A DNA stretch of 64,000 bases from Macrostomum lignano (lineage: Eukaryota), in contig NIVC01000825.1 in NCBI GenBank assembly GCA_002269645.1, forward strand, positions 186,001 to 250,000, written 5' to 3'. Of the stretch, positions 60,865 to 64,000 are shown in pieces. Position numbers and translations under genes: made by a program. Position 1 is the first letter of the stretch. Each line of letters starts with the position of its first letter. The notes below the pieces were generated by a model, which worked only from the letters and a program-made list of their open reading frames with translations, did not search any database and was not told the DNA's origin.

Positions 60865-62760
60865 TGTAGCATTAATCAGCTAGTAGCGAGCACCATTTTG
60901 ACCATACAGAACCATACAGACCATACAGAACCATACAGACCATACAGAACCATACAGAACCATACAAACCATACAGAACCATACAGACCATACAGAACCA
61001 TACAGACCATACAGAACCATACAGAACCATACAGATTTTGACCATTTTGACCATTAGAATATATTCTCAAGCTGTTTCTCGTTTACTGTCTCTAAAATTA
61101 AATAAAGCCGAGGCGAGCCGAGCCGAGCCGAGAGTTTACAACCTTTCTTTCTCACTTACGCCAAAGTTAATTCCACTGCGCTTTGGTTCACTCGCTACAA
61201 AGTGGTAGCAGAGCGTATGGTATGGAGGACACACAGCAGCAGCCGTTAGCGCCCCAAGCTGGAGCCCTGGCGCAACCAGTACAAGAGGCCTTCGTGCAAC
61301 GCATCGCTATCAAGCCTCCCGCCTTCTACCGGAAGTTGCCTGAGATCTGGTTCCGGCAACTGGAATCGCAGTTCACTCTAGCTGGAATCACCCACGCTGC
61401 AACCAAGTTCCATCATACGTTAGCAGCCCTGCCTGAGGACGTTGCCTGCTCGATCGACCTAGGCACAGAGGACTACGCCTCGCTTAAAACATCGGTGCTA
61501 GAAGCTTTGCGCGCCAACCGGCACCAAAGAATCGAAGAGGCCCTCGCCGAGGTGGAGCTCGGGGATCGCCGCCCATCTCAGTTGGTAACCGACATCAAGC
61601 GGCCATTCAGTGAAGTAGGCTTACAAGTCGATGACAGCATCATCAAGTCTCGACTCCTAACTGCACTGCCCACCCACATCCGCTCCGCCTTGGTCGGTCA
61701 CGAACAGGCGGAGCTGGACGCGTTTGCGAAGATCGCCGACAGCATGCTGGCTGTCGCCGGTTGCACCACCCCGTTCGCCTCTGTAAACCGCACCTCTGCC
61801 ACCGGCCAAGAGCACCCGAGGAGCAACGCTGGTTCTTTTCGTAGCAGGAAGCCCGACGACTCGAGCTCCAACCGGAACTCACGCCGACGACCCAAGATCT
61901 GTAACGGTCATCTCTACTACGCGGCCGATGCTCGCACGTGCCGACCATGGTGCCAGTGGCCAGGCTCGAAACCGCCGACACTGCTTGCCAGCCGTCAGCC
62001 CACTCCGGCTCAGTCCCGGGCGTCAAGCCAAGCCAGGTGTCAAACCAGTCGGTCACGTGCATCGGCCGAGCCGCGACCCGTCAAAGGCCACCACGCTGCT
62101 TCTTCGTTGCCAAGTCCTTCGTACGCCCGTTTCGTTCATCGTTGACACCGGCGCCGAACGGTCGCTTCTTCCTTTGCAGTTTGTTCCTCAAAATCTACTC
62201 GGCATTCACCACATCCGCACTTCAGCCTATAATCCGAGAGCTAACGGTATCATCAAACGTGCACACCGGACGCTAAAGATCGGTTTGAAGGCGCGCGGCA
62301 AAAACTGGCTGCAGCAGCTGCCCGTCGTGCTCCTGGGCATGCGCATTTTCCCAGACGAGTCAGGTGCCTCACCGTTCTCCGTTGTTACGGGTGAGCAACC
62401 GCTGGTCCCACCGGTCGTCACGACACGTCTGCGCTCAAGGAGCTCTCGACTAGTCTACACCAGCTTTTTTCCCATACCGGCAGCCGAGAACGCGCGAGAT
62501 AGCCGTGCATTTGCCAGCCGCGCTGAGTTCGTGCACACACGTCTGGCTACGGTTGGACCGTGTGCGACGACCCCTGGAGGCTCCTTACCAAGGCCCGTAC
62601 GCTGTGCTAGACAGGCACGACACCACAATAACACCCCAGATCAACGGCAAGCCTACCGTAGTGTCTATCGATCGTGTAAAGCCCGCCACCCTGCCAACAG
62701 CCCATCAAGAGCAGCCAGCAGCTACACCGGCCCCGCCAAGCGACGCTCCGTAGGCCACCT
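60865..62760 (+). mobile_element. Internally deleted Ty3/Gypsy element: 5' LTR, PBS, gag, protease and integrase fragments
   Basis: LTR TGTAGC..GCTACA (60865-61199). PBS TGGTAGCAGAGC (61203-61214), complementary to the initiator tRNA-Met 3' end. gag from ATG 61222 (IKPPAF..PEIWFRQLESQF). FIVDTGAERSLLP, TSAYNPRANG, LEAPYQGPY, VSIDRVKP. No RT and no 3' LTR seen. Confidence 0.92.
60898..61036. repeat. 9/10-bp array (ACCATACAG[A])n inside the Gypsy LTR
   Basis: Absent from the paralogous LTR at 50123. Confidence 0.93.
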
Positions 62761-63457
62761 ATAGTTACTACGATCTGTCTCGTCAAAATCTTTATAACAG
62801 ATTCAAAAGATGAAACTATTTTATAGCATGGCAACCTTAATCTAAAGACAATTAGAATATTTCTGTCCAATATTCAATATGGATTGAATTCACGTATAGG
62901 ATATCTGTATCGAGGAATTTATTTGGAGTTCCGAAAAACTTCCAATTCACCATGTTCATTCTTCCAATAAAAATACATAATCTTGTAACTAATTATAGCA
63001 TATTCTATTCTATATAACTGCTATTTTGCAGTTATTGCAGTTATTACTTACCCTTGCTGGAATCCTGAGTTTTCAAAATAAAAAACTACAAAGCGTCCCG
63101 CAAATTGTATTGAAATCAGTAGCTCAGGATCTCAGACTCTACATATCCGAGATCCCCTCAAGCTGCAGCCTGTACCTGCTTCTGGTTTGGGCCAAATACT
63201 ATATGGCTCTGGGACTGTGGCGCTTTGGTTTTATGTCTATGTCAAGGTTGATCGGTGCGAATTTGCTGACAATAAAGTGCATAGATTTTTTTCCAAAAGA
63301 GTTGAACCATAGAGGCAGAAATAAAATGAGAAAGGCATGCATCATTTCATATAATAGATATCGATGCATGCAATATACCTTTTTACGTTCTATTTGATAA
63401 AAACTGCAACCAATTTGGCCACGGCTCAGCCTGACCATAGACATAGAATTTTCCATA

Positions 63458-64000
63458 GACAGCCACCGCTAGCGGCAACCAATTTGGTAAAAACTGCGAG
63501 CTATTTTGCCAGCTTGAAGATAGCAGCTGCTCTGATGGCGAATCGTGGGCCGTACCAAAAGATAAGTCAGCTGGATCGAGAGCGAATCGTGAGAGCGTAC
63601 AGGAGTGGCGACGACTGGGGAGAGCTTGGCAGAATGATGGGGATGAAGAAACCGACAGTGAGGAACATCGTGACCACGTATGAACGAACTGGTAGAGTTG
63701 GCACTCTGCCAAAAGGAGGAGTGAAGAGGATGGCGCTGACGGAGGCTATGGTGGACACCATTGTTCAATTCGTCGAAGGTCAACCTACTGCCTCTCACGC
63801 CTCTCAAGTGCCTGCGCTGGATCAACCATTCCCAGACGTACTTCAATCGGTGCTTGAATGCTGAGGACATAATGTTCTGACTTCGTGCATGTATTGTTAA
63901 CATTCTTTATCGTTATTGTTATGCTATTGAGCTGCTATCTTCAAGCTGGCAAAATAGCTCGCAGTTTTTACCAAATTGGTTGCCGCTAGCGGTGGCTGTC
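63458..64000 (+). mobile_element. Foldback/MITE-like derivative of a Tc1/IS630 transposon carrying the N-terminal HTH region
   Basis: Perfect 71-bp inverted arms at 63458-63528 and 63930-64000 (cut by the window edge). ORF from 63535 MANRGPYQKISQLDRERIVRAY..KPTVRNIVTTYERTGRV..PKGG resembles a paired-like HTH; no DDE domain. Confidence 0.75.

Overview
Repeat-rich eukaryotic (animal) genomic DNA, not prokaryotic. It has GC-rich exons, GT-AG introns of about 75-105 nt, and long introns filled with homogeneous minisatellites. The style suggests a free-living flatworm such as Macrostomum (inference, unconfirmed). Genes assembled by hand from splice sites: endophilin A (minus, 9 exons, 15336->645, SH3 exon not seen), an intronless 431-aa membrane-anchored uncharacterised protein, a Gly/His/Gln-rich unknown ORF, caveolin, an M14A carboxypeptidase (7 exons), a DEG/ENaC channel (4 exons), a type-2 cystatin, and a small multi-exon candidate neuropeptide precursor that the ORF track does not recover. 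Decayed mobile DNA: LINE RT, Copia integrase, BEL/Pao pol, Gypsy LTR-gag-pol remnant, mariner, Tc1/IS630-like foldback, Crypton-like remnant, tRNA-derived SINEs and MITEs. More than 25 tandem arrays generate most of the long ORFs in the track, which are spurious. No rRNA, bona fide tRNA or CRISPR array was seen.
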